Part shown: piece by piece, positions 1 to 9,868 of the stretch
Layout: every line of letters begins with the position of its first letter
Numbering within the stretch: position 1 is the stretch's first letter
Notes under the pieces: generated by a model
The model's database searches: none
The model's input: only the letters and a program-made list of their open reading frames with translations
Told to the model about the DNA's origin: nothing
Position numbers and translations under genes: made by a program
Assembly: GCA_963741095.1 (NCBI GenBank)
Contig: CAVUGN010000006.1
Span: 1 to 62,698 of the forward strand
DNA length: 62,698 nucleotides
Reading direction: 5' to 3'
From: an uncultured Candidatus Micrarchaeota archaeon
GTDB lineage: Archaea; Micrarchaeota; Micrarchaeia; Micrarchaeales; Micrarchaeaceae

Positions 1-31
1 TTTTTTTTCCTCTACTTCGTTCAGTGTTATG
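1..31 (+). other. Oxford Nanopore ligation-adapter remnant (technical sequence)
   Basis: TTTTTTTTCCTCTACTTCGTTCAGT matches the ONT adapter TTTTTTTTCCTGTACTTCGTTCAGTTACGTATTGCT at 24 of the first 25 nt, at the very start of the window. Confidence 0.85.
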
Positions 32-1028
32 TTATAGTCTTCTCATTTCTTCAGTACATCTGCTCTGTTCTGGGTTATATTTATTCATAAAAGTAATAGG
101 AACACCCATCAAACCATTATAATCACTCGGAATATTATTGGTTTTTGAAACTTCAATTGCGTCATAATTGTCGTAAGTAGAGTATTCTTTTGGATCATAT
201 CTTTTGTATAAAATGAGTTTTTCATGGCGATTTGAATTATCCAGATTTGTAAACCAACAGGTATTGTTAGAGGAAACTATTCTGTTTCCATTTTCATCAA
301 TACGTGCTTCTGTTCCATGTAAAGTATAATGCTTTGGTACGATAAAACCTGAAAAATTACGGTTACTATTTATACCCATCCATATTTTATTATTCTTTAT
401 TAGAGGAAAAACTTCTTTGTATGTAATCGCATTCCATGATCCCACAATCAAAAACTTTTTGTTGTATTTTATAAGTTGACCCATGTACTCTCTAAACAAT
501 GAAAAAGGGGGATTGGTAACAACAAGATCTGCCTGTTTTAGAATTCGATACATTCATTACTACGAAAAATGTCCCCCTTTATTTAAGAGGAGTTGATGTG
601 TTCGCATCACGTTCTAATAACAATTTAACATCAGATAAATCAATAGAACCATCCTCATTATAATCATTTACCTTATTTATTTCAATTTTAATTGGCTCTT
701 TACCATTTATTCCTTTTATATCCAACAATGGTAATTGACTACCAATTATGGGCGATCCACTATAAGATGTTACAATAAGTTTTTTTAATCCAAAATTAAT
801 AAAATTAGCAGCAAAAAACTTAAAGAAATTACTTTCATAGGGATCATCACAATTGCAATAAACTACTTTATTTTTGAAGTGATTTTTGTAGTGTTTCAGT
901 TCTTTTTCTATATCAGAAAGAACTGTGTAGAATTCATCGTTCTTATTGCTCTTTGCATTGTGTATGTATTTGACTGAACCTTTTCTTGCCGTTTTTATAT
1001 TTTTACTATTTACTTCCCTCCACCCCAT
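32..1028 (-). pseudogene. EcoRI-type adenine-specific DNA methyltransferase, split into two ORFs by indels near 540-580 and truncated at the contig end
   Basis: Motifs NDEFYT, VVYCNCDDPYESNF, ADLVVTNPPFSLFREY and GLMGVPITFMNKYNPEQ. The expected GDFRSNECIEIL linker is present out of frame. AT-rich. The breaks may be sequencing errors. Confidence 0.85.
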
Positions 1029-1177
1029 TTACTCACCAAAAAGTTGGGTTCTATACCCAACTCAAACATCTCTTGGACGACAACATACATATATGTTGTG
1101 CCGCAGAGCAGATGCGTCCCAACCTTAAAAACCTTGCTTAAGGCCGCCTACACGCCCTTTTATTCTTTCTCTTTCCA

Positions 1178-3331
1178 ATGCTTTCCGAGAGCATGGGTCT
1201 TCTCGGGGACTTTCTGCTGTTCATCGTCTACGTTCCGGTACTCTTCTTTCTCTCTGTCGCGCTGAAAAACAGCCGCAAGAGCGAGAAACGCGTGATAGAC
1301 GAGTTCTTCGATTACGCCAAGAAGGGCCATAAGAGGGTCGCGCAGCTCGCCGGCAGCTTCTGGTTCTTCGCGGTGCTGCAGCTGCTCTACCCGTTTGTCG
1401 CGATATCCGCTCTGTCCCTTACGGGTGCAAGTGCTTTACAGAGCTTCATCGTATGGTTCGCCGCTTCCGCTTTCCTGTTCTACCTGTTCGCGCTGTCAAA
1501 GGACAGGATAAAGAGGCACAGGCACAACGGCATACCGATAGGCTACGAGTACCCGCACCCGGTGTACATGACCTCGGACCCAAAGGGCGACCAATCCACG
1601 GGAAGGGCGGTGACGGCAGGCTCGAAAGGGATATACGACCTGCAGATAAAATCGGAGCCGAACCCGCACGTGATGGTGATAGGAGAGACCGGTTCGGGGA
1701 AGACTACGCTGATAAACACCTTCCTGGCCAGGGCATACCTGAGATTGGGGATACCCTTCCTGATAATAGACTGGTCGGGGCTGTACAAGAATTTAGGGGT
1801 CAACACGTGGAGCGTGCCGTACAGCCTGAAGATAAACCCCTTCGCGCTGAGGGGCATGAACATGGACAGGAGGGCAGGCGTAGCTTCGGAGTTGCTGCAG
1901 ATGGGGCTATCGCTGACGGAGATGCAGACGCAGAAGGTGAGAGAGGTGCTGACGGAATTCTACCGCCAGGGGAGGGAGCCTACGATAAGGATGATTCATG
2001 ACACATTGGCGAACGCGGTGGCGGGAGAGCGGTACAAGGAGACGAAGCTGCAGCTGACGTACATAACCAACAAGCTCAGGCAGGCCTTCGAGATATTCGG
2101 GCAGGAGCCGGTGGCCTTCTGGGACAACTACGACAAGACCTGCAGCGTCATAGAATTGGACGGACTGACTGATACCGAGAAGAAGATGGTGACCCATACG
2201 GTGATGCAGAGGATCACGGAGGAGTTCAAGGCGGAGCAAGGCATAAAATTATACATAGCCTTGGATGACGCTTACCAGGCATTGCTGAACTACTACGGGA
2301 AGGAGACGAACATCACGAGGGTGGTCAGGGAGGGCAGGAAGTACGGCTTTGGATTGCTGATTGCCACGCAGCTGCTGCAGGACATGCCTGATGCGGTGAT
2401 GGCCAACACTGCATTGAAGTTCGTGTTCTCGTACCACGAGCCGATGACGCTGAACAGGCTCTACGGCACGATGCGCGTAGGGGAGTTGGAAAAGGAGGTG
2501 CTGCACCGCATACCTGTAGGGAGCTGCATGCTCTTCGATTTGAATGCCATACAGAGCGGCAGGCCGAGCCCGGCGTACGTGGAGGTCGAGGAGATAAAGA
2601 AGGACGAGAGGGACAGGCTGGCCGATTCGATAAAGAGGATAGGCATAATGGAAGTCGCAAGGTCCGAGAACGAGAAGGCGATCGCGGAGGATGCGATGAA
2701 GAGCATGCCCACGCTGCCGGATATATTCAAGGGCGTGGACATGCCTTCGGTGAGCGTCTACCGCTTCCTCATCGCGCTGTCAAGGACGGGCAGCGAGAAA
2801 GGCGCGATAAAGTTCGTCAAGGACAAGAGATGGCTAACCTCAACTTCCACGCTGTACGGAGGGAAGGGGCAGCCCTCCATAGCCGGCAGGGCGAAGGACG
2901 GCGGCTACATGTATGATGGCGGGCTCAGCGCGGCGGCGAAGGCAGTGGTGAAAGACATGGAGATGATAGGCAGGCAGGGCATGAACAAGGGCGGCGCGGA
3001 GCACGTGGCGCTGATGAGGAAGGTCATAAAGATGATACAGGACAGGGGCAACTTCGCCTTCGTGCCCAGCGCGAGGGATTCCTTCGACGTCGGAGAGATA
3101 TGGCCGACGAAGGACAGGAAGGGGGTGTGGAACTACGCGAAGGTCACCGCTTACGAGGTGCAGACGAACGCGGTGAAGAGCAAGATAGAGCGGTGCATCG
3201 AGAGGCAGAAGCAGCTGGGTACGGAACTGGTGTTCGTGACGAACGGCGCAAGGACGAAGAAGGAGATAGAGAGGCTGACGGACGGCAAGTACAGATGCCT
3301 GAAGCTGCCGGCGTATTACTTAGAGCATTGA
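1178..3331 (+). CDS. Membrane-anchored HerA/VirB4/FtsK-superfamily (DUF87-like) ATPase with a C-terminal PD-(D/E)xK-like domain
   Basis: Three N-terminal hydrophobic helices, Walker A GETGSGKT, Walker B IALDDA, REGRKYGFGLLIATQ arginine-finger motif, C-terminal EH...FD...YEVQ. Confidence 0.85.
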   Translation: MLSESMGLLGDFLLFIVYVPVLFFLSVALKNSRKSEKRVIDEFFDYAKKGHKRVAQLAGSFWFFAVLQLLYPFVAISALSLTGASALQSFIVWFAASAFLFYLFALSKDRIKRHRHNGIPIGYEYPHPVYMTSDPKGDQSTGRAVTAGSKGIYDLQIKSEPNPHVMVIGETGSGKTTLINTFLARAYLRLGIPFLIIDWSGLYKNLGVNTWSVPYSLKINPFALRGMNMDRRAGVASELLQMGLSLTEMQTQKVREVLTEFYRQGREPTIRMIHDTLANAVAGERYKETKLQLTYITNKLRQAFEIFGQEPVAFWDNYDKTCSVIELDGLTDTEKKMVTHTVMQRITEEFKAEQGIKLYIALDDAYQALLNYYGKETNITRVVREGRKYGFGLLIATQLLQDMPDAVMANTALKFVFSYHEPMTLNRLYGTMRVGELEKEVLHRIPVGSCMLFDLNAIQSGRPSPAYVEVEEIKKDERDRLADSIKRIGIMEVARSENEKAIAEDAMKSMPTLPDIFKGVDMPSVSVYRFLIALSRTGSEKGAIKFVKDKRWLTSTSTLYGGKGQPSIAGRAKDGGYMYDGGLSAAAKAVVKDMEMIGRQGMNKGGAEHVALMRKVIKMIQDRGNFAFVPSARDSFDVGEIWPTKDRKGVWNYAKVTAYEVQTNAVKSKIERCIERQKQLGTELVFVTNGARTKKEIERLTDGKYRCLKLPAYYLEH
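3297..3314 (+). repeat. 18-bp direct repeat, copy 1 (GCCTGAAGCTGCCGGCGT), in the 3' end of the HerA-like gene
   Basis: Exact match to 11803-11820. Confidence 0.8.
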
Positions 3332-3588
3332 AGGTGTTTAGGAGTTGTGGTGGCGGGATATGGTTGTTAGAAAGGCTGCAGATTTAGATAGATATAGAGA
3401 TCTGGCAACTAAAGTAACAAAGGAGGGCAACAGAGAAAAGCTGTCTGAGTTGTTACTTCATCTGACAATGTCCTTTTATTTATTGGGCCGTGAATTCTGT
3501 TAGGGGGGACTTGTATAGTAATTAACTGCACAATACTGCATTCCAGTATACCACAGGTATAAAAAGCTTTACTGCAGATTAAGATAGC

Positions 3589-4185
3589 ATGGTGAACATC
3601 ACACTTATTGCGACATTCTATTCCGCAGGACCGCTGATGCCGGCAGCACTCGCATTCTCTCCGAAGAAGATAATACTCGTTGTTGATGTCATGAATCCGG
3701 AGGTGAGATCAAACATAAGCGCCGTCGAGAAGACCTTTGCAAACGTGGCAAAAGTAGAGGTGCTGAAGGTCAAGAAGGACGAGATCTACGATGTCGCAAA
3801 GGAGATAGTCGAGGTCATAGACAAGGAGGAAGTTGGTAAGAACAACAAGATAGTGGTCAACGTCAGCGGCGGCTGGAGGATACTCATAAACGGCGTGCTG
3901 TACGGCTGCTATGCCAGGGCAGGAAAGGTGCACCGGATAGTCATCAACAAGACAAACGGAACCGGCATCAGCGAGCTGCCGAAGCTCAGTTACAACCTCA
4001 CCCAAGCAAGGAGGGAGGTGCTCATGAAGGTATCTACCAAAACAGAGAAGTCGATATCGGATCTGGCGAAGGAGCTGCACAAGACAAGAGGTATGGTCTA
4101 CCAGCACCTGCGCGAGCTGAAGGACAGCGGATACGTCGATGAAGATTATGGAATTACGGATGCGGGAAGGTTGGCGCTGCTTTGA
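3589..4185 (+). CDS. csa3: Csa3-like CARF + winged-HTH transcriptional regulator
   Basis: N-terminal TLIAT strand, CARF motif VNVSGGWRIL, C-terminal HTH SISDLAKELHKTRGMVYQHLRELKDSGYV. Confidence 0.8.
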   Translation: MVNITLIATFYSAGPLMPAALAFSPKKIILVVDVMNPEVRSNISAVEKTFANVAKVEVLKVKKDEIYDVAKEIVEVIDKEEVGKNNKIVVNVSGGWRILINGVLYGCYARAGKVHRIVINKTNGTGISELPKLSYNLTQARREVLMKVSTKTEKSISDLAKELHKTRGMVYQHLRELKDSGYVDEDYGITDAGRLALL

Positions 4186-4207
4186 TATTAGCCTTGGGTG
4201 AATAGAT

Positions 4208-4876
4208 ATGTGCAAATATTGCGATGATGGCTTGGGTGCGTCCAAGAACTGTAGATGTTTGTGTGCGGATGATACCATCTATTATGATAAGTATGGTGGT
4301 GATCTTTTTTACTGTGAAGGCTGCGCACATCACATAAATACAAAATCTCCAAATCTGAGGAGGTATAATGAACAGGTGATGCCAGACAGGGTCTACCGAG
4401 CCCCATTGGGGTTTGTTTATTACTTCGCGTATGGCTCAAATTTGGATACCGAGCAGATGAAAACAAGGGTAGGCGAATGGAAAGAACTAAAGAAAGGAAG
4501 GCTAGACGGCTATAGACTAGCTTTTGATAAGCATTCCTCTACTTGGAAAGGTGGCGTAGCTGACATAGTAAAGGAGAGTAAAAGTGCAGTGTACGGCGCA
4601 GTCTATCTTCTTACATCTGACCAATTTAAAGAGCTAAGCAAATACGAAGTGGGATATGCACAGTTAGATGTTACAGTAGATACGCCAGCAAAAATAGCCG
4701 CAAAGACCTACGAAGTAGTTAGGAAAGAGGGGTTCGTGAAGCCGACTAAGTTCTATGTAGACAAGATAGTTAAAGGACTGATAAACATTGGTTACGCTGG
4801 TGGTTCAAACCAAATAGTAGTTAAAGAGATAATTAGAATCGCGCAGTTGGAAAGTGAATATGGACTGCTTCATTAA
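4208..4876 (+). CDS. Gamma-glutamylcyclotransferase (AIG2-like) with a Cys-rich N-terminal extension
   Basis: YYFAYGSNL, GGVADI, VYGAVY and catalytic-region LSKYE; AT-rich codon usage. Confidence 0.85.
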   Translation: MCKYCDDGLGASKNCRCLCADDTIYYDKYGGDLFYCEGCAHHINTKSPNLRRYNEQVMPDRVYRAPLGFVYYFAYGSNLDTEQMKTRVGEWKELKKGRLDGYRLAFDKHSSTWKGGVADIVKESKSAVYGAVYLLTSDQFKELSKYEVGYAQLDVTVDTPAKIAAKTYEVVRKEGFVKPTKFYVDKIVKGLINIGYAGGSNQIVVKEIIRIAQLESEYGLLH

Positions 4877-4960
4877 ATTTAGTGAAATTCATGAGGGAAT
4901 TCTTTCGCATTGTGCTTCTAGATTTTTTGTAATCTATTTTAGGATAATGTTCAGTGTAAC

Positions 4961-7690
4961 TCATTTGTTTTCCGCCGAGATCTGCGCCGCGATTCTCGTG
5001 TACAGCGGCTCGTTTGACCTTTCATCAAGCAATGCCTTGACGAATTCCTTCGGATCCTTCTTGTAAGTCACAAACTCGCCCAGATGCTCGGCAAAGGTCT
5101 TGAACTGCCTTGCCTCAGGTTGCTTCTCGTCCAGAAGGAAGTCCATCTTGCCCGTGTTTATGTTGCCCCTCAGGCCCACAAAACCAAGCGCCACTAGTAT
5201 GTCCTTCTCATCAATGCCCTTCTCCACAGCGTAGATTTTTCTGTAGACCGCAAGCTGCCTGCGATGCTCTGCTGCATACGAAGCGCTCTTATCCGTTTTG
5301 TAATCAAGAATCAGGTATTTCGGACCGTCCTTTGGGTCTGCGATCTCGTATATCGCGTCTATGTTCGCCTTGAAGGTGGCGCCGACTCCCAGATCTCCAA
5401 ACATGCTCTTTATGTCTTCGATGACCGAATGCTCGGCGTCGATCTGCTTCGCGTTGTACTTGCTTTTTATTGCGTTGTCTATGCTCCTGATGTTCTCCAC
5501 GAACTTCTTGTAATCATCTGGCACATCCTCGTCCTTCAGGCCAGTCTTGAACATCTTCTCTGCGAACTCGTGCACCTGCGTGCCGGTCTGCAGCGCTTCG
5601 GCTCTGTACTCGCGCAGTCTTAGTATATCGTTCTTCAGGAATTCATAGGGGCTCTGCGCGGCCTCTACCAGGGAGAACGAGAGCCTGTCCTTCTTCTGGA
5701 AATATCCGTTTATCACGTCCATGAGCCATTTCTCTTGTGTGACTAGGAGTTTCTTCGCGTCTTCATGCCTTCCGTTCACGAACAAGGCATAGGCCTCATC
5801 GTATTTCCATGATAATGGCTCTTTCTCATCATCTGCCTCGTAGGTCTCGCTATCGCACATGCCTTCTAATTGGTATTCAGGCGCCTGCCTGTCCTTCGCG
5901 GCTATGTATAATTCGCTCTTGGCCCTGGTGAAGGCGACGAAATCGACTCTCAGGTGCTCCTCTTCCAGTTCATCTCTTATGTCAATGCCTTTTGCCGCTT
6001 TTATTATCGAATAAACGACAGCGTCTATGAAACTGATCTTATCGCGCATGGTCTTGGGCGCGTATATCACGGTGTCGAACTCCAATCCCTTTGCCTTGTG
6101 CACAGTGGTCAGTGTGACCCTGTGCTTCTTCTCTATTGGCGCATAATCTTCTTCGGTTATGGCAAGGTAGTCAAAGAACGACCTAGCATTCGGCGCCTTC
6201 GCAAAGCCGAAGTACTCTACGGTGCTGTTGTAGATCGCAGTGGCCGTAAGATAATATTCCTTGCTTATGGACAGCGCTATGGGCATCATGCGTTCCTGGA
6301 ATAGTTTTGGTATCTTGTCTATGGTGAGGTTGTCCCTGTCCGCAAAGAAGCCCTTTGCATGCTTCTCTGCGTATTCCATATCCTTCTTTTCCATTTTTTC
6401 GGATATATCGAACGCCTCCTTGAGCGTGACTCCTGCAAATGGAGTGAAGAGTGCAGCCTGTATCGCTTCATGGTCGTTGTAAAGCAGGCCTCTTAGGTAA
6501 GAGATTATCTCGTTCTTCGCTACATCGCTCGTGTACCCTCCAACAGTGGTGGAGTAGTCTATGCCCTTGCTGTCCAATGACTTTGAGATGTCGATTATCT
6601 GCCCGTTGGTCCTTGTTATTATCGCATAGGTCTTTTCAGTGTCCTTCTTATCTCTGTTTAACAGATCCGTCAACTTCGCTATGGCTGCCTTCTCGGGATT
6701 CTTTGAGACTATGACGCAGACCTTGCCCTTGCCGGCCTTGCTGCTCTTCAGCCCCTTGAGCTCGTCCCCATAGCTCGTGTCCGTGGTGTTGGACAGGAAA
6801 TGCGTCTTGGAATAATCGAGTATCTCCTGATAACTTCGGTAATTCAGCACCTTCGTCTCTCTTGTCATGCCCTTGCGCTTCATGAATTCCTTGAAGTTCC
6901 TCACTCCGCCGCCCTGGAAGCCGAATATCGCCTGCTTCCTGTCTCCGACCAGGAATAATGAGTCTCCGGAATTGACCGCGATCTCCGCTTCAAGCTCGTT
7001 CACGTCCTGCAGCTCATCTACAAGCACAAACTTGTAGTGCTTTGCGCTTTTGTCGTATTTTTTGATGAAATGAAGGAGCATATCGTTGTAGTCTATGTAC
7101 TTGCCTTCCGTGTCCTTTTCGGTCTCATAATCCTTGAAGGCATCAACGAAGTATTCCATGAATTTGACTATCTCCTCTTCAGTCACGTTTGATATCTCCT
7201 CTTCTTTGTAGACCTGCGCGAGCACCTTCCCGGCTTCCTTCATGTTTATGTCCTTCGGGAGTATGCCGAAACTCTTCAGGTACCTTATCGCGTTCTCGCA
7301 CTTCGGCACTATCTCGCTGATGAGGTATTCCTTGCCGTAGTTGAACGCCTTGTTCTTCTCGAAGCTCTTGAATATCGAGTATCGTATGACATTGTTCCCG
7401 GCGAGGTCGCCCGGCTCGCCGTGATCTTGAAGATAGGAGTAAGCATAGCTGTGAAATGTGTGGACATCGATCTTGTGCGCCTTGGCGTGCGTCAGTTTCT
7501 TCTCCTTGACCACGTTCGCTATTTTGTTCTTCATCTCCTGGGCGGCCTTCTCGGTGAAGGTTATGCAGAGTATGTCCTCTTCCTTCGCGCCCTCTGCGAG
7601 CAGGTCCGCGACCCTGGCGGCAAGAGCAGTAGTCTTTCCAGTGCCAGGATTCGCAATGATCAAGACGTCATCGGTAAGGTCCGCTCTCAT
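4961..7690 (-). CDS. UvrD/AddA-like SF1A helicase fused to a C-terminal PD-(D/E)xK nuclease
   Basis: ANPGTGKT, CITFTEKAA, VLVDELQD, VGDRKQAIFGFQG, NYRS, TVHKAKGLEFD, VAFTRAK; nuclease ID..ILDYKT..QLAVY. Confidence 0.92.
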   Translation of the reverse strand: MRADLTDDVLIIANPGTGKTTALAARVADLLAEGAKEEDILCITFTEKAAQEMKNKIANVVKEKKLTHAKAHKIDVHTFHSYAYSYLQDHGEPGDLAGNNVIRYSIFKSFEKNKAFNYGKEYLISEIVPKCENAIRYLKSFGILPKDINMKEAGKVLAQVYKEEEISNVTEEEIVKFMEYFVDAFKDYETEKDTEGKYIDYNDMLLHFIKKYDKSAKHYKFVLVDELQDVNELEAEIAVNSGDSLFLVGDRKQAIFGFQGGGVRNFKEFMKRKGMTRETKVLNYRSYQEILDYSKTHFLSNTTDTSYGDELKGLKSSKAGKGKVCVIVSKNPEKAAIAKLTDLLNRDKKDTEKTYAIITRTNGQIIDISKSLDSKGIDYSTTVGGYTSDVAKNEIISYLRGLLYNDHEAIQAALFTPFAGVTLKEAFDISEKMEKKDMEYAEKHAKGFFADRDNLTIDKIPKLFQERMMPIALSISKEYYLTATAIYNSTVEYFGFAKAPNARSFFDYLAITEEDYAPIEKKHRVTLTTVHKAKGLEFDTVIYAPKTMRDKISFIDAVVYSIIKAAKGIDIRDELEEEHLRVDFVAFTRAKSELYIAAKDRQAPEYQLEGMCDSETYEADDEKEPLSWKYDEAYALFVNGRHEDAKKLLVTQEKWLMDVINGYFQKKDRLSFSLVEAAQSPYEFLKNDILRLREYRAEALQTGTQVHEFAEKMFKTGLKDEDVPDDYKKFVENIRSIDNAIKSKYNAKQIDAEHSVIEDIKSMFGDLGVGATFKANIDAIYEIADPKDGPKYLILDYKTDKSASYAAEHRRQLAVYRKIYAVEKGIDEKDILVALGFVGLRGNINTGKMDFLLDEKQPEARQFKTFAEHLGEFVTYKKDPKEFVKALLDERSNEPLYTRIAAQISAENK

Positions 7691-7812
7691 TCAATCAGGC
7701 GCGCGAAAATTACCGTATTTACCGCGCAATACTCCTTTCTTTAGTAAAGCATTTATATCTTATTGTCTAGAAGTATCCTTGCCTGTGCAGTAATGGGCTA
7801 TACATTATAGGG

Positions 7813-9279
7813 ATGAGTTGCATGGTATTCAAAATAACGAACGCGCTGGCTGTTGAGGACTACCGGAAGATCGTCAAGCTGCTCCTAGGCGAGAAGCGTC
7901 ACGGCGAAGAAGGCAGTGGGGATGATGAGAATGATGATGCCGGAGCGTTTTTCCATTGCGAAGATGAGGGAGCATGCATAAGGATACTGGACCGTAGTGA
8001 GCTTGAGCTACCTCTCGCATCTATCAATGAAGGATTTCCCGAAGGCCAGATCATCTCATTGGATTCGAAGACTTATGACATTTCAGTACAAATCGAGTAC
8101 GAATCAAGGGAAAACGACTTCGAAGAAGTGGTCAAGGCACTCAAAGAGTGCGGACTTCAGGGATATGCGGTGAGCACTGGCAAAAAGACAGCGGAGTTCT
8201 GCAAAAACGGCAATGGATACCGGATTGCATGCGTCGGCCGCGAGATCAACATAACTACGCTGCGAAGCAGGAAAATCGCGGCAAAGGCCCTGAAAGAGGA
8301 TATCGGATCCATCTTCTCCATTACAGAATGCACGATAAACACCATATACGAAGTCGAGAAGAGCGGTATAGAGCTGGAGCTCAGAGCAAAGCTAGGGCAC
8401 AGGGGAAGGCTATATCTTGGCAGGAATAGGAAAAAACAGTTGAAAAATACCATAGCAATGGAAAGGCCATCAATAACATTCGCTGAGATTGGCGGCTGTG
8501 ATGAGGCAAAGGCGGAACTCACCCTCTTAGGTCACGGCCTTCAGAAGCCGGAGGCATTCCAGAAATGGGGCATCAATTACCCCAGAGGAATACTGCTCCA
8601 CGGGCTGCCTGGAACCGGCAAGACCCTTCTTGCAAAAGCGATGGCCAATCTCGCAAATGCGTCGCTCTACTGCGTGAGCATCACGGACGTGCTCACCTGC
8701 TATTATGGCGAAAGCCCAAAACTGGTCGGGAGGGTCTTCGACATTGCGGAGAGGCATGCGCCGTCGATTATATTGTTCGACGAGATAGACAGCCTTGCGC
8801 AGCAGCGCGAAGGCGCTCATGAAGAGTCAGGAAGGATCGTAAGCGTGCTCCTCCAGAGGATGGACGGGATAAAGAAGATGAAAAACGTGACAGTGATAGG
8901 CACGACGAACTTCATAAGCAACATAGATTCCGCGCTCCTCAGGCCGGGACGCTTCGACAAGATCATAGAGGTGCCGCTGCCCGACAGGAAGGCAAGGGAG
9001 GACATCTTCAGGCTGCATGCGAAAGGCAAGAGAGTGGCGGAAGACATGGACTACGCGCTCCTTGCGGAGAGGAGCGACGGTTTCACTGGGGCGGACATAG
9101 AAAGCTTCATGCAGGCGTCCCTTGGTAAGAAGCTAAGGGATGAGCTGAACACGGGAAACGCGAACCTGCCGCCGCTGAACAGCGAGGATATCCTTGTCAG
9201 CATATCCGAGCAGAAGAAAAGGAAGGATTCCATGTCGCCTGGGGCAATGTCTCCGGAAAATTCGGTAATGTATGCATGA
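7813..9279 (+). CDS. Single-domain AAA+ ATPase (Cdc48/PAN-like) with an uncharacterised N-terminal half
   Basis: GILLHGLPGTGKT, ILFDEID, second region of homology IDSALLRPGRFD. Confidence 0.9.
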   Translation: MSCMVFKITNALAVEDYRKIVKLLLGEKRHGEEGSGDDENDDAGAFFHCEDEGACIRILDRSELELPLASINEGFPEGQIISLDSKTYDISVQIEYESRENDFEEVVKALKECGLQGYAVSTGKKTAEFCKNGNGYRIACVGREINITTLRSRKIAAKALKEDIGSIFSITECTINTIYEVEKSGIELELRAKLGHRGRLYLGRNRKKQLKNTIAMERPSITFAEIGGCDEAKAELTLLGHGLQKPEAFQKWGINYPRGILLHGLPGTGKTLLAKAMANLANASLYCVSITDVLTCYYGESPKLVGRVFDIAERHAPSIILFDEIDSLAQQREGAHEESGRIVSVLLQRMDGIKKMKNVTVIGTTNFISNIDSALLRPGRFDKIIEVPLPDRKAREDIFRLHAKGKRVAEDMDYALLAERSDGFTGADIESFMQASLGKKLRDELNTGNANLPPLNSEDILVSISEQKKRKDSMSPGAMSPENSVMYA

Positions 9280-9698
9280 GTTGGGGGATGTGCATGGCCA
9301 TGAAGCGCAAAAGAATCTACATAGCCGAGCTGTCTTGGGACTCGAGCGACAGATATCTCTTTTCTACTCGGAAGGCTGCAAAAACGTTCATGGCACGATA
9401 CACGCCCGCGCCAGGAAACGAATGGTGCAAGGTGAGTTCTTACATCCTGAACCCGAAGGCGATCAACTCTTTCGATTTGGGCTGGTTCTCCAATACGCCA
9501 GAAGGCAGGCCGCGATTGGAAAGAGACGAAAAGGAGAAGACCGGATGGAGGGCAAAGTGGGCGAAGAAAACGCCATTGGATGAGATAATGAAGCGGCTCA
9601 ACGCCCATATATCGGTTAATGCCAGCAATGCCAAGACCGATGGCGAAGTGCTTCGCAGTCTTAAAAAACAGATCAAAGAGCTTAAGATAGAAAAGTGA
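9276..9698 (+). CDS. Hypothetical protein
   Basis: 140-aa ORF overlapping the AAA stop (ATGA), operon-like. Confidence 0.6.
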   Translation: MSWGMCMAMKRKRIYIAELSWDSSDRYLFSTRKAAKTFMARYTPAPGNEWCKVSSYILNPKAINSFDLGWFSNTPEGRPRLERDEKEKTGWRAKWAKKTPLDEIMKRLNAHISVNASNAKTDGEVLRSLKKQIKELKIEK

Positions 9699-9702
9699 GC
9701 GA

Positions 9703-9846
9703 ATGGACGACAAGAAAATAGCAAGGGCAATAGCTGTGTACAGCGCGGTAAAGTTCATAGGATTGGACCTGACCTTCGTTCGAAGGGATAAGGAACACGT
9801 GGTAGAAGTGGCAGAATACTTCACCCAATTCATAGAAGGCAAGTGA
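9703..9846 (+). CDS. Small hypothetical protein (47 aa, MDDKKIARAIAVYSAVKF...)
   Basis: Read by hand; fills the gap between two co-oriented genes; below the ORF-track cutoff. Confidence 0.5.
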   Translation: MDDKKIARAIAVYSAVKFIGLDLTFVRRDKEHVVEVAEYFTQFIEGK

Positions 9847-9868
9847 TGATCGCGAAAAAAGTGGAATC

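Noticed and set aside
541-546. EcoRI site GAATTC inside the EcoRI-type methylase gene
   Set aside because: It appears to be created by the 1-bp deletion in GAA-ATT-CTA; coincidental
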